From Deltaproteobacteria bacterium (GTDB lineage Bacteria; Desulfobacterota; Binatia; Binatales; Binataceae): a DNA stretch of 64,000 nucleotides. The DNA lies in the NCBI GenBank assembly GCA_003135855.1, contig PNBD01000044.1:10905-74904 (forward strand). Direction: 5' to 3'. A program made the translations under genes and the position numbers. Shown piece after piece: positions 55,420 through 64,000 of the stretch (position 1 is its first letter; every line of letters starts with the position of its first letter). The notes beneath the pieces were generated by a model, which saw nothing but the letters and a program-made list of their open reading frames with translations, had not been told where the DNA came from and ran no database searches.

Positions 55420-57288
55420 ATGCATAACGGGAACATGGGACTTGGCGGTACGCGGTGGCGGAGTCTGTTAGTGGCCACTGTGGCAACGGTTGCAACGCTG
55501 TGGTCGTCGGTGGCGATGGCGACGATCACGCAGGGCGACTTTTCGATCTTTGGATTTTTCGAAACTCGCGAATCAGGGCGATGGGGCGAAGGAAGCTCCG
55601 CGAACAACGGCACGGACACCACGTTCGTGCATCCGCTGCCGACTCTCACCTTGATCGGGAAGGCGGGCAAGGCCGCGACCGAGACGGGGGGCAGCTTCGA
55701 TTTCAATCATTGGGATCTGGTGGAAGCGCGCCAGCTCGCCGACATCCGGCCCGACTATCATTTCGTAAAGAACTACAAACTGCTGGGCCGGTTCGACACG
55801 TTGATCCTGAAGGACGCGGATTTCTTCGCGTTCTATCGTCCGTGGTACGACGCGTTCGGCACGTTGAAGAACAAGGGCCGCTGCGAGACGAATCGCGATT
55901 GCGTGGATTACTCGCATCACGAGCTTCAGCAACAATACTTCCGCGACGACCTGCACGAATACTATGCGCAGTTGAACTTCACGGATAACTTTTCCGCTCG
56001 TATCGGTAAACAGCAAGTCATCTGGTCGGAAGCGGACGCGTTGTCAGGAACGGAAGTCACCAACAGCGTCGATGCGACCTATCATTGGCTGCACTTCGAG
56101 TCGGCGGAAAATCTTCGCAAGAACGTCCGGATGATCAAGCTGAACTACATCCTGCCGGATTTCTTCAAGACCGCGAACAACGAACTCGAAGCTTTCATTA
56201 TTCCCGGCGACTACCAGGGCAACGGGATCATTGTGAATACCTTCGATCCGCGTAGTCCGTGGATCTTCCCGGGGCCCACCCAACTGGGCGCCTTCAATCA
56301 GAATGGCCAGCCGTTCCGCGAAGTCACGTTTTTGGATCAAGGCCAAAAGCCAATGATCAACATTGGCGGGGTCTTCGCCGATTTTGCGGTCCGGAACAAC
56401 AGCAAGGCGCCGTCCAACTCACTCGAGAACAGCGAGTTCGGCATTCGTTACTCGAGCCTCCTGCCGATCGGTAACGGCCTGCAGGCGAGCTTCATCTTTC
56501 TTTACGAAGCGCGTGACTCGCGTCTCGGTCTCTGCACGGCTTGCTCGGCGCTCAGCGCGGCCTTCTCGACCGCGAAAGTTATGGGTACGGGCCCCGCCGC
56601 AGCGACTAACTGGTCGCCGGTCATTCCCGGCGAATTCCTGAACTTTGGCAACTACATCTATGGAAAGCCCCGTCCGGGCGTGCCGAAGGCCGGAACTTTT
56701 CTGGTCATGATCGATCAAGATACCCGCCGCAACAAGTTCTTCGGCTTGACCGGTACCTACTACGACAAGGATCTAACCGACATCGTTTACCGTTATGACA
56801 TTCTGTATGAGCCGAGTTTCGGTGGTGCTTGCAACGGCTGTGCGCTGAGCGGCTCGGATTGGACGCAGCGTACCCGCTACATCATCGCGGCCGACCGACC
56901 GACCTACATTCCATGGCTGTCCAAGCAGCACACGTTCCTGGTGGCGCAGAACGTCGTGACCTGGTTCCCGGATCGCCCGAGCAACTCGATTCCGTATTTC
57001 GGCGATGCCGCCGGCAAACAGCGTGAGTTCAGCGACTTCTTCTTCGTGTCGGCGGTCAACTGGGTGATGAACGGCCAGCTGACCACGACCAACGCGCTGG
57101 CGTGGGATGTCGACGACAACACGGGCGGACTCGGCTCGAACAACGTCTACCGCTACTCGCGTAACATCCTGGTAGGCGTGAACGCGCAGTGGTACCTCGG
57201 TCGGAGCGGGCGCAATACTGACCCGTTCGCCGAAAGCCGCGCGCAGCGTATCAACGAACTGGAGTTCACGCTCACGTACGAAATCTGA
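55420..57288 (+). CDS. DUF1302-like outer-membrane beta-barrel protein
   Basis: Signal peptide, L.EYYA, RIGKQQVIW.E.D motif, aromatic-rich beta strands, C-terminal FTLTYEI. Confidence 0.75.
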   Translation: MHNGNMGLGGTRWRSLLVATVATVATLWSSVAMATITQGDFSIFGFFETRESGRWGEGSSANNGTDTTFVHPLPTLTLIGKAGKAATETGGSFDFNHWDLVEARQLADIRPDYHFVKNYKLLGRFDTLILKDADFFAFYRPWYDAFGTLKNKGRCETNRDCVDYSHHELQQQYFRDDLHEYYAQLNFTDNFSARIGKQQVIWSEADALSGTEVTNSVDATYHWLHFESAENLRKNVRMIKLNYILPDFFKTANNELEAFIIPGDYQGNGIIVNTFDPRSPWIFPGPTQLGAFNQNGQPFREVTFLDQGQKPMINIGGVFADFAVRNNSKAPSNSLENSEFGIRYSSLLPIGNGLQASFIFLYEARDSRLGLCTACSALSAAFSTAKVMGTGPAAATNWSPVIPGEFLNFGNYIYGKPRPGVPKAGTFLVMIDQDTRRNKFFGLTGTYYDKDLTDIVYRYDILYEPSFGGACNGCALSGSDWTQRTRYIIAADRPTYIPWLSKQHTFLVAQNVVTWFPDRPSNSIPYFGDAAGKQREFSDFFFVSAVNWVMNGQLTTTNALAWDVDDNTGGLGSNNVYRYSRNILVGVNAQWYLGRSGRNTDPFAESRAQRINELEFTLTYEI

Positions 57289-57306
57289 TCTGGATTGCTG
57301 ATTGAT

Positions 57307-57347
57307 GAGGGCGGCTGCGGCGTATGCTGCGGCCGCCTTTCTTTTTC
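57307..57347 (+). terminator. Intrinsic terminator
   Basis: GAGGGCGGCTGCGGC-gtat-GCTGCGGCCGCCTTT followed by T-rich run. Confidence 0.75.
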
Positions 57348-57448
57348 TCCGCGACTCTTCTATTTTCTAAGGCTGGAACTTCTCTGGGGGGATCGTCCGC
57401 GGCTCGGGATTGGTGCAGCCGCCTTCCAAGGGACGGCTCAGTGCCGCG

Positions 57449-57958
57449 ATGGAACAAAGCTCACATTGGTATCTGATTCGGACCAAGACCGGCAAAGAGC
57501 GCTGGGTCCGCGATCAACTAGCCGGTGTGGTGCCCGAGGTATTTCTGCCGTTGCTCAAAGCCAAGGCGCGGCGCTGGGGCCGATTGGCGGATGCGATTGG
57601 CCCGCTATTTCCCGGCTACCTGTTCGCGCGGTTCGACCTGCAACATAACTATTTCGACGTGAAGTATATGTCCGGAGTGCACGGCCTGGTGTCGGCGGGA
57701 ATCGATCCTTTGGCGGTGCCGCCCTCGATCATCGCGGAGATTCGGAAATGGGGAGTCAACGACATCGTCGAGCTCGTCGAAAAACCATTCGATACGGGCG
57801 AGAAAGTGGTGGTCGTGGACGGTCCGTTTCGCGGATTTGAAGCGATCTTCCAGCACTACATCTCAGGCGCCGAGCGAGTCGCAATTTTGCTCAACGCAGT
57901 CGAAGCGAGCGGACTCAGGGTCGTGCTTTCGGCGTCGGCAGTCGCGAAAAACAGCTAA
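57449..57958 (+). CDS. NusG paralogue antiterminator (RfaH/UpxY-like)
   Basis: WY.IRTK.G.E, PLFPGYLF, KOW GEKV.V.DGPF.GFEAIF. Confidence 0.88.
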   Translation: MEQSSHWYLIRTKTGKERWVRDQLAGVVPEVFLPLLKAKARRWGRLADAIGPLFPGYLFARFDLQHNYFDVKYMSGVHGLVSAGIDPLAVPPSIIAEIRKWGVNDIVELVEKPFDTGEKVVVVDGPFRGFEAIFQHYISGAERVAILLNAVEASGLRVVLSASAVAKNS

Positions 57959-58081
57959 CGCGATTCGAGCCGTGCTCGCGAGTTCGCCGATTTCACAAAA
58001 AGCACCGTCGCCTTGTATTACTTGACCAGCTAGAATCTGGCATATGATTGATTTCGCTTTCGGGGGAGACGCTCGAAGACG

Positions 58082-58444
58082 ATGATTCGCGCGAGGAAGC
58101 CGGTCCGAATCGTGCCCAAGGGCTGGGGTCGCGAGCTTTGGATCGCGAACGACGAAAAATATTGCGGGAAGATTCTAGAAATCAGCAAAGGCAAGAAATG
58201 CTCGCTGCATTATCATAAGCTCAAGACTGAATCGTTCTACTTGCGCAGCGGACGGTTGACAGTGCGCATCATGGAATCACCGGAAGCGGAGACGGTTCAG
58301 GAATTCGAATTGGTGGCGGGCGATTGCATGGACGTGCGGCCCGGACTGGTTCATCAGATGGAAGCGATCGAGGATGCCGAGCTGTACGAATTCTCGACGC
58401 AACACTTTGACAGCGATTCTTACCGCTTGAAGCCAGGTGACTGA
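58082..58444 (+). CDS. Cupin domain protein (sugar isomerase-like)
   Basis: KGWG.E.W, CSLHYHK.KTESFY, PG.VHQM, EFST. Confidence 0.82.
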   Translation: MIRARKPVRIVPKGWGRELWIANDEKYCGKILEISKGKKCSLHYHKLKTESFYLRSGRLTVRIMESPEAETVQEFELVAGDCMDVRPGLVHQMEAIEDAELYEFSTQHFDSDSYRLKPGD

Positions 58445-59468
58445 TCCCGCGATGGCAAAAGTTGCTCTGATTACCGGCGTGACGGGACAGGATGGTTCGT
58501 ATCTCGCCGAGTCGCTGCTCAAGAAGGGCTACCAGGTGCACGGGATGGTGCGGCGGACGTCGAGCTTCGCCACCGGACGCATCGATCATTTGCGCAAAGA
58601 TTTCAGCAGTGATGCGGAAGGACTGCAATTGCACTACGGCGACCTCGGCGACGGCACCGGGCTCAGGCGGATAATCGAGCAGGTGCGCCCCGACGAGGTC
58701 TATAATCTCGCGGCGCAATCGCATGTGCGAATTTCATTCGATCAGCCCGAGTACACGGCCGATGTGGTCGGACTCGGAGCGCTGCGATTGCTGGAGGCGC
58801 TGCGCGATCACAACAAACGCCGCGGCCGCGCCGCCCGTTTGTATCAGGCGGGCTCGTCCGAGATGTATGGCAAGGTCGCCGAGATCCCGCAGCGGGAGAC
58901 CACGCCGTTTCATCCGCGCAGTCCCTACGCCTGCGCCAAGGTCTATGCCCATTACCAGACGATCAATTATCGGGAGGCGTACGGCTTGTTCGCCTGCAAC
59001 GGCATACTGTTCAATCACGAATCGCCGCGCCGCGGTGAGAATTTCGTGACCCGCAAAATCACCCGCAGTGCGACGCGAATAAAACTCGGCGTCCAGGAAA
59101 AGCTCGCGCTCGGCAATCTCGACGCGCAACGCGATTGGGGATACGCGGGCGACTACGTCGAAGCGATGTGGCAGATGCTGCAGCAGGACCAGCCGGACGA
59201 CTACGTGGTTGCAACTGGCGAATCGCACTCGGTGCGCGAGTTTCTCGAAGTTGTGTTCGATCGGCTGAAGCTGCGGATCGAGGATCACGTCATCAAGGAT
59301 GAGCGCTTCTTGCGTCCGGCCGAAGTCGATCGCCTGATCGGCGACGCGTCGAAAGCCAAGCGCGTCCTCGGGTGGGAGCCGACCGTGAAATTCGAAAAAC
59401 TAGCCGAGCTGATGATCGAATCGGATCTCGAACTCGCCGAGCGCGAGCTGCGCGGAAAAGGTCAGTAG
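58437..59468 (+). CDS. gmd: GDP-mannose 4,6-dehydratase
   Basis: [49 protein letters not shown]. Confidence 0.96.
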   Translation: MTDPAMAKVALITGVTGQDGSYLAESLLKKGYQVHGMVRRTSSFATGRIDHLRKDFSSDAEGLQLHYGDLGDGTGLRRIIEQVRPDEVYNLAAQSHVRISFDQPEYTADVVGLGALRLLEALRDHNKRRGRAARLYQAGSSEMYGKVAEIPQRETTPFHPRSPYACAKVYAHYQTINYREAYGLFACNGILFNHESPRRGENFVTRKITRSATRIKLGVQEKLALGNLDAQRDWGYAGDYVEAMWQMLQQDQPDDYVVATGESHSVREFLEVVFDRLKLRIEDHVIKDERFLRPAEVDRLIGDASKAKRVLGWEPTVKFEKLAELMIESDLELAERELRGKGQ

Positions 59469-59473
59469 TCGAT

Positions 59474-62400
59474 TCAGCCGGCGGCCCGCTTCCGCGCGGC
59501 GTCTTCGAACTCGCGCTCCAGTCGCTCGATATCGCTGGCGGAGAGGCTGAAGTACTTCGCTTCCGGGTGATGGAAAACGGCCGCACTGACCGCGCTCTCG
59601 GGATCCATCATGAATCCCTCGGTCAGCTTCACCCCTAGTCCCTGCTTCTCGATTTCGAGCAGGCGGAAGAGCTGATCCTGATCTTCGAGTCTTGGACAGG
59701 CCGGATAGCCGAACGAAAAGCGCTTGCCGTGATAGTGCCCCTGGAAAAGATCCTTCATCGTGAGGCCCGGCGGATCGCCGAATCCCCACATCTGGCGAAT
59801 CTTCAGATGCAGCAGCTCGGCGAAAGCCTCCGCACCTTCGAGCGCGAGCACCTGCAGGATATGCGAGCGCAGGTATTCGCCGTCGTTCTTCCATTGCTCG
59901 GCCAGCGCCCGCACACCGGTGCCGACGGCCGTGACATACATGCAGAGATAGTCCATCGGGCCTGAGCCGCGGGGCGCGACGTAATCCGCCAGGCATAGAT
60001 GCGGCGCGTCGCTTTGACGGCCGAAGGTGAACGACTCGAGGACGGTGTTGCCGTCAGGCGAAAAGATCATCACGGTCCGATCGCCGTCGGATTGCGCGGG
60101 GAAGAATTTGTAAATCGCGTTGGCTGAGATGTCGGCGCGACCGAGCATCAGTTCGGTCACCGACTCGACCGCGGCGCGCAATTCGATTGCTTTGGGATCG
60201 CCGCTCGCGAGCGCCTGCTCCGCATTCTTGAGGCCGAGATGCCGGCTGTAGAGCATCGCTGGATTCACGTATCGAAGTATCTCGCCGAGATCGTAGTTGC
60301 GCAGAACGTGAAGCTTGAGGTCCGGCGGCTTGGGGATCTCGATGTCGCGGCGCACCGTCGATTTGCGCAGCGTCGCGTCTGGTGATGCGTCCACGACTTT
60401 CGGCGCGCTCTCGACAATTTTTCTCGATTGCTCCGCGAGCACGTGCTTCAGCGACTCGCGGCGCTCGTAATCCATGATCTGATTGGCCAGATCCAGGCCC
60501 GACATCGCGTCATTCGCGTAGGCGACCAGCCCCTCGTACTCGGGCGCGATCTTGAGGCGCGTGAAGCGATTGGAGAGAGCGGCGCCGCCGACCAGGATGG
60601 GGCAATCGATGCCCGCGGTTTTCAGATCCTGCGCCGTGATGACCATCATCTGCGCGGATTTCACCAGCAGTCCCGAGAGGCCGATCGCGTCGGGCTGATG
60701 CTCGCGAAATGCCCTGATCAATTCTTCGGGCGGTACTTTGATCCCGAGATTCACGACCTTGTAGCCGTTGTTGCCAAGAATGATCTCGACCAGGTTTTTG
60801 CCGATGTCGTGAACGTCGCCTTTGACGGTCGCGAGAATTATCTTGCCCTTGTTCGCACTCTCGGAGGTTTTCATGTGCGGCTCGAGGTAGGCGACCGCGG
60901 CTTTCATCGCCTCCGCCGATTGTAGAACCTCAGCCACGATCATCTGGTTGGCGTTGAAGAGGCGCCCGACCTCGTCCATTCCCGCCATCAACGGGCCGTT
61001 GATGATTTCGAGCGGGCCGCGCGCTTTCAGCGCCTCGTCGAGATCCTCGTAGAGCCCGTCCTTGGAACCTTCGAGGATGTAGCGCCCGAGCCGGCCGTCC
61101 AGCGGCATCGACTTGCGATCCTCCGCGCTGACAGCACTTTTGCGCGCGCGAAAATATGCAGCGAAGGCGGCAATCGAGTCGTCGCCGCGCCACCAGATCA
61201 AATCTTCGGCGAGCTTGCGCTCCTCGTCGGGAATCGAGGGATAGCGCTGCAGCTTTTCTGAATTGACGATCGCGAGATCGAGCCCGGCCTGCACGCAATG
61301 ATAGAGCATCACGGCGTTGAGCACCTCGCGGCCCGCTTCCGGCAGGCCAAACGACACGTTCGAGATGCCGAGGATCGTCTTGCAATCGGGCAGCGCCTGC
61401 TTGATCAGGCGGATGCCTTCGATCGTCTCGACGCCCGAACCGATATAATTTTTGTCGCCGGTGCCGACCGGGAAGACCAGCGGATCGAAAACGATGTCCT
61501 CCGGCTCGACGCCGTATTTTTCGGTGAGCAGCTTGTGCGAGCGCTGCGCAACCTCGAGCTTGCGCTGACGCGTGACGGCTTGCGCCTGCTGCTTGTCGTC
61601 GTCGATACAGCCGACCACCAGCGCCGCGCCGTATCGCCGCGCCATCGGCACGACCTTTTGAAAACGCTCTTCGCCGTCTTCGAGATTGATCGAATTGATT
61701 AGCGACTTGCCCTGCGTGCGCTTGAGCGATTCTTCGATCACATGATGATCGGTCGAATCGATCATCAATGGAACTTTCACTTTCTTGACTTCGATCTCGA
61801 GAAACTTGGTGACGTCGGCCAGCTCATTGCGATCGGGATCCTGCAGGCAAACGTCGAGGATGTGGGCGCCGCGACGCACCTGCACGCGCCCGACTTCGGA
61901 CGCCTCTTCGTACTTGCCATCGGCGATCAGCCGCTTGAATTTGCGGCTGCCGAGCACGTTGGTCCGCTCGCCGACGATCACCGGCCGAGTGTCGGCGTCG
62001 ATTACCAGCGTCTCGATTCCGGACACCACCGAGCGCCTGAGCGTCGAGCGCTCGCGCGGGCGGCGTCCGGCGACGGCGTCGACGAGCAGCCGGATGTGCT
62101 CCGGAGTCGTCCCGCAGCATCCGCCGACCAGATTCACCCAGCCGTTGTCAGCGAACCGCGCAACCTTCTGCGCGAGCATCGCGGGCGTCTCGTTATAATG
62201 TCCCTCTTCATCGGGCAGACCCGCATTCGGCACGCAGGCCACGTAAAACCGCGACAGCTCGGACAAGGTGCGCAGATGATCGGTCATGAAGTCGGGGCCG
62301 GTCGCGCAATTAAGGCCCATCCAGAGCAGATCGCGATGCGCCAACGAAGTGTAGAACGCGTCGATATCCTGGCCGGCGAGCAGCGTGCCCATCGTTTCGA

Positions 62401-63001
62401 TCGTGCCGGAGACCGCGACCGCGACCGCGCTTGCGGTCTTGTCGATCGCCTGCTCTATGCCAACCAGCGCCGCCTTGCAGTTCAGCGTATCGTTGACGGT
62501 CTCGACCAGCAGCACGTCGACGCCGCCCTCGATCAGCCCCTCCGCCTGGATTCGATACGCGTCGCGCATCTGCTCGAAGGTCACGCCGCCGGTAATCGAG
62601 ATGCTCTTGGTAGTCGGACCCATCGAGCCCGCGACGAAGCGCGGCTTGGAGGGCGTGCTGAACCGCTCGGCCTCCTCGCGCGCGAGAACGGCAGCGATGC
62701 GATTCAGCTCATGCGCATCGGCCGCCAAACCATATTCGGCGAGCACGATAGGCGTGGAGCCGAAACTCGCGGTCTCGATGATGTCGGCGCCGACTTCGAG
62801 AAAGCCGTCATGCATCTCGCGAATCAAATCCGGACGGGTTCGGACGACGTTTTCGTTGCAACCCTCGAGCGTGACGCCGCCGTAATCCGCGGCGCTCAGA
62901 TTATGGCCGAGGACGAACGTGCCAAATGCGCCGTCCAGAACGAGGATTCGCTCGGCGAGCAATTCCTTGAGACGCTTGATCCGGTGGCTATCGGTGGTCA
63001 T
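59474..63001 (-). CDS. metH: Cobalamin-dependent methionine synthase
   Basis: GLNC, PNAGLP, GGCCGT, GERTN..GS, ATVKGDVHDIGKNLV, SGLL, SFGYPACP. Confidence 0.97.
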   Translation of the reverse strand: MTTDSHRIKRLKELLAERILVLDGAFGTFVLGHNLSAADYGGVTLEGCNENVVRTRPDLIREMHDGFLEVGADIIETASFGSTPIVLAEYGLAADAHELNRIAAVLAREEAERFSTPSKPRFVAGSMGPTTKSISITGGVTFEQMRDAYRIQAEGLIEGGVDVLLVETVNDTLNCKAALVGIEQAIDKTASAVAVAVSGTIETMGTLLAGQDIDAFYTSLAHRDLLWMGLNCATGPDFMTDHLRTLSELSRFYVACVPNAGLPDEEGHYNETPAMLAQKVARFADNGWVNLVGGCCGTTPEHIRLLVDAVAGRRPRERSTLRRSVVSGIETLVIDADTRPVIVGERTNVLGSRKFKRLIADGKYEEASEVGRVQVRRGAHILDVCLQDPDRNELADVTKFLEIEVKKVKVPLMIDSTDHHVIEESLKRTQGKSLINSINLEDGEERFQKVVPMARRYGAALVVGCIDDDKQQAQAVTRQRKLEVAQRSHKLLTEKYGVEPEDIVFDPLVFPVGTGDKNYIGSGVETIEGIRLIKQALPDCKTILGISNVSFGLPEAGREVLNAVMLYHCVQAGLDLAIVNSEKLQRYPSIPDEERKLAEDLIWWRGDDSIAAFAAYFRARKSAVSAEDRKSMPLDGRLGRYILEGSKDGLYEDLDEALKARGPLEIINGPLMAGMDEVGRLFNANQMIVAEVLQSAEAMKAAVAYLEPHMKTSESANKGKIILATVKGDVHDIGKNLVEIILGNNGYKVVNLGIKVPPEELIRAFREHQPDAIGLSGLLVKSAQMMVITAQDLKTAGIDCPILVGGAALSNRFTRLKIAPEYEGLVAYANDAMSGLDLANQIMDYERRESLKHVLAEQSRKIVESAPKVVDASPDATLRKSTVRRDIEIPKPPDLKLHVLRNYDLGEILRYVNPAMLYSRHLGLKNAEQALASGDPKAIELRAAVESVTELMLGRADISANAIYKFFPAQSDGDRTVMIFSPDGNTVLESFTFGRQSDAPHLCLADYVAPRGSGPMDYLCMYVTAVGTGVRALAEQWKNDGEYLRSHILQVLALEGAEAFAELLHLKIRQMWGFGDPPGLTMKDLFQGHYHGKRFSFGYPACPRLEDQDQLFRLLEIEKQGLGVKLTEGFMMDPESAVSAAVFHHPEAKYFSLSASDIERLEREFEDAARKRAAG

Positions 63002-63136
63002 TCTTAAGGGCTCGCCAAAACGACGAGCGACCTCTTAAGGTATCCTAGCGATGCACCCCAGGCAATTTTGGAATCGGCGCGTTTGCTCGCTTTCGGCTGA
63101 GAGAGTGCAGTTCGCGCGATGACTGAGACAATCATA

Positions 63137-64000
63137 ATGCCAAAAACGGGGCGCCTGATGCTCGTGACCGGCGGTGCTGGCTTTATCGGCTCGAATCTGG
63201 TCGACGCGCTGATCGCCGCGGGTATGCGGGTGCGGATGATCGACAACCTGGCAACCGGAAGGCGCGAGTATCTGAACCCGGCCGCAGACTGGATCGACGC
63301 CGACCTTCGCAATGCATCGTCGATCAATCACGCATTCGACGGGGTCGATACGGTTTTCCACGTCGCCGCATTGCCGCGGATTCCGCTCTCGATCGCCAAG
63401 CCGGTCGAGACGCACATGACAAACGTGGTGGGGACGCTGAATGTCCTGATCGCGGCGCGCGATTCGAAGGTGCGTCGCGTCGTATATTCGGGATCGTCGT
63501 CGGTGTACGGCGATCAGAAGACGATGCCGCTGAACGAATCGATGGCGCCGAATCCGCTCAATCCGTACGCGTTGCAAAAGTACGTCGGCGAGCAATACAC
63601 GCGGATGTTTCACCGTTTGTTCGCGATGCAGACGCTCACACTTCGCTACTTCAATGTGTACGGCCCGCGGATGGCTTCCGAGGGCGCATACGTCACGGTG
63701 ATTGCGGCTTTCATGCATGCGCGTCGCGAGAACAGGCCGCTTGAGATTCACGGCGACGGCGAGCAGACGCGCGATTTCACGCACGTCAGCGACGTGGTCG
63801 CCGCCAATCTGCTCGCGGCCGACTGCGAAATCGCGGATGGGCGCGCGATCAATGTCGGGCGCGGCGACAACGTGAGCGTCAAGCGAATTGCCTCGATGAT
63901 CGGCGGTTCCGTGATTCATCGCGAGGGCCGGGCCGGCGACATGCGCGATACGCTCGCGGATCGCAGCATCGCGGAGCAGGTTCTCGGCTGGCGTCCGAAA
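63137..64000 (+). CDS. NAD-dependent epimerase/dehydratase (extended SDR), runs off window edge
   Basis: Read manually: LVTGGAGFIGSNLV, SSSVYG, PYALQK (YxxxK), LRYFNVYGP, GDGEQTRDF; alternative start 63119. Confidence 0.92.
   Translation, partial: MPKTGRLMLVTGGAGFIGSNLVDALIAAGMRVRMIDNLATGRREYLNPAADWIDADLRNASSINHAFDGVDTVFHVAALPRIPLSIAKPVETHMTNVVGTLNVLIAARDSKVRRVVYSGSSSVYGDQKTMPLNESMAPNPLNPYALQKYVGEQYTRMFHRLFAMQTLTLRYFNVYGPRMASEGAYVTVIAAFMHARRENRPLEIHGDGEQTRDFTHVSDVVAANLLAADCEIADGRAINVGRGDNVSVKRIASMIGGSVIHREGRAGDMRDTLADRSIAEQVLGWRPK

Noticed and set aside
58038-58053. TGGCATATGATTGA as a sigma54 promoter before the cupin gene
   Set aside because: Lacks GC at -12 and the spacing is wrong

Overview
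GC-rich bacterial chromosomal window with no rRNA, tRNA, CRISPR array, integrase or intact transposase visible. Gene content and style (acyl-CoA dehydrogenases, LLM oxidoreductase, DUF1302, thiolase/DUF35) suggest a Candidatus Binatota-like organism; this is an inference. It carries: a TetR-regulated RND efflux operon; a MazE/MazF-like toxin-antitoxin pair; four tandem MacB/FtsX-type permeases with no ATPase; a di-haem cytochrome c peroxidase-like protein; a ferritin-like protein; pcnB, ilvE, bcp, amtB, AsmA and mug; an ABC-2 exporter; lipid-catabolic genes; a thiolase plus a catalytically dead HMG-CoA-synthase/DUF35 fusion; a YtcA/HlyD/TolC set; several orphan secreted proteins; KirBac; desaturase-cfa; a PerR-rubrerythrin-Fe-S oxidoreductase-DUF3501 operon; DUF1302; a NusG paralogue with cupin and gmd; metH; and a partial sugar epimerase. 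The most interesting unannotated signals are: (1) a 1530-bp AT-rich Fic cassette bounded by 43-bp direct repeats; (2) a structured leader with a uORF and terminator/antiterminator upstream of the ABC-2 exporter; (3) a sigma54-type promoter driving a small membrane protein, followed by a 34-aa toxin-like peptide; (4) the ATPase-less A-B-A-B permease array; (5) the PhlABC-like pseudo-enzyme complex. All family calls come from motif recognition, not from database searches.
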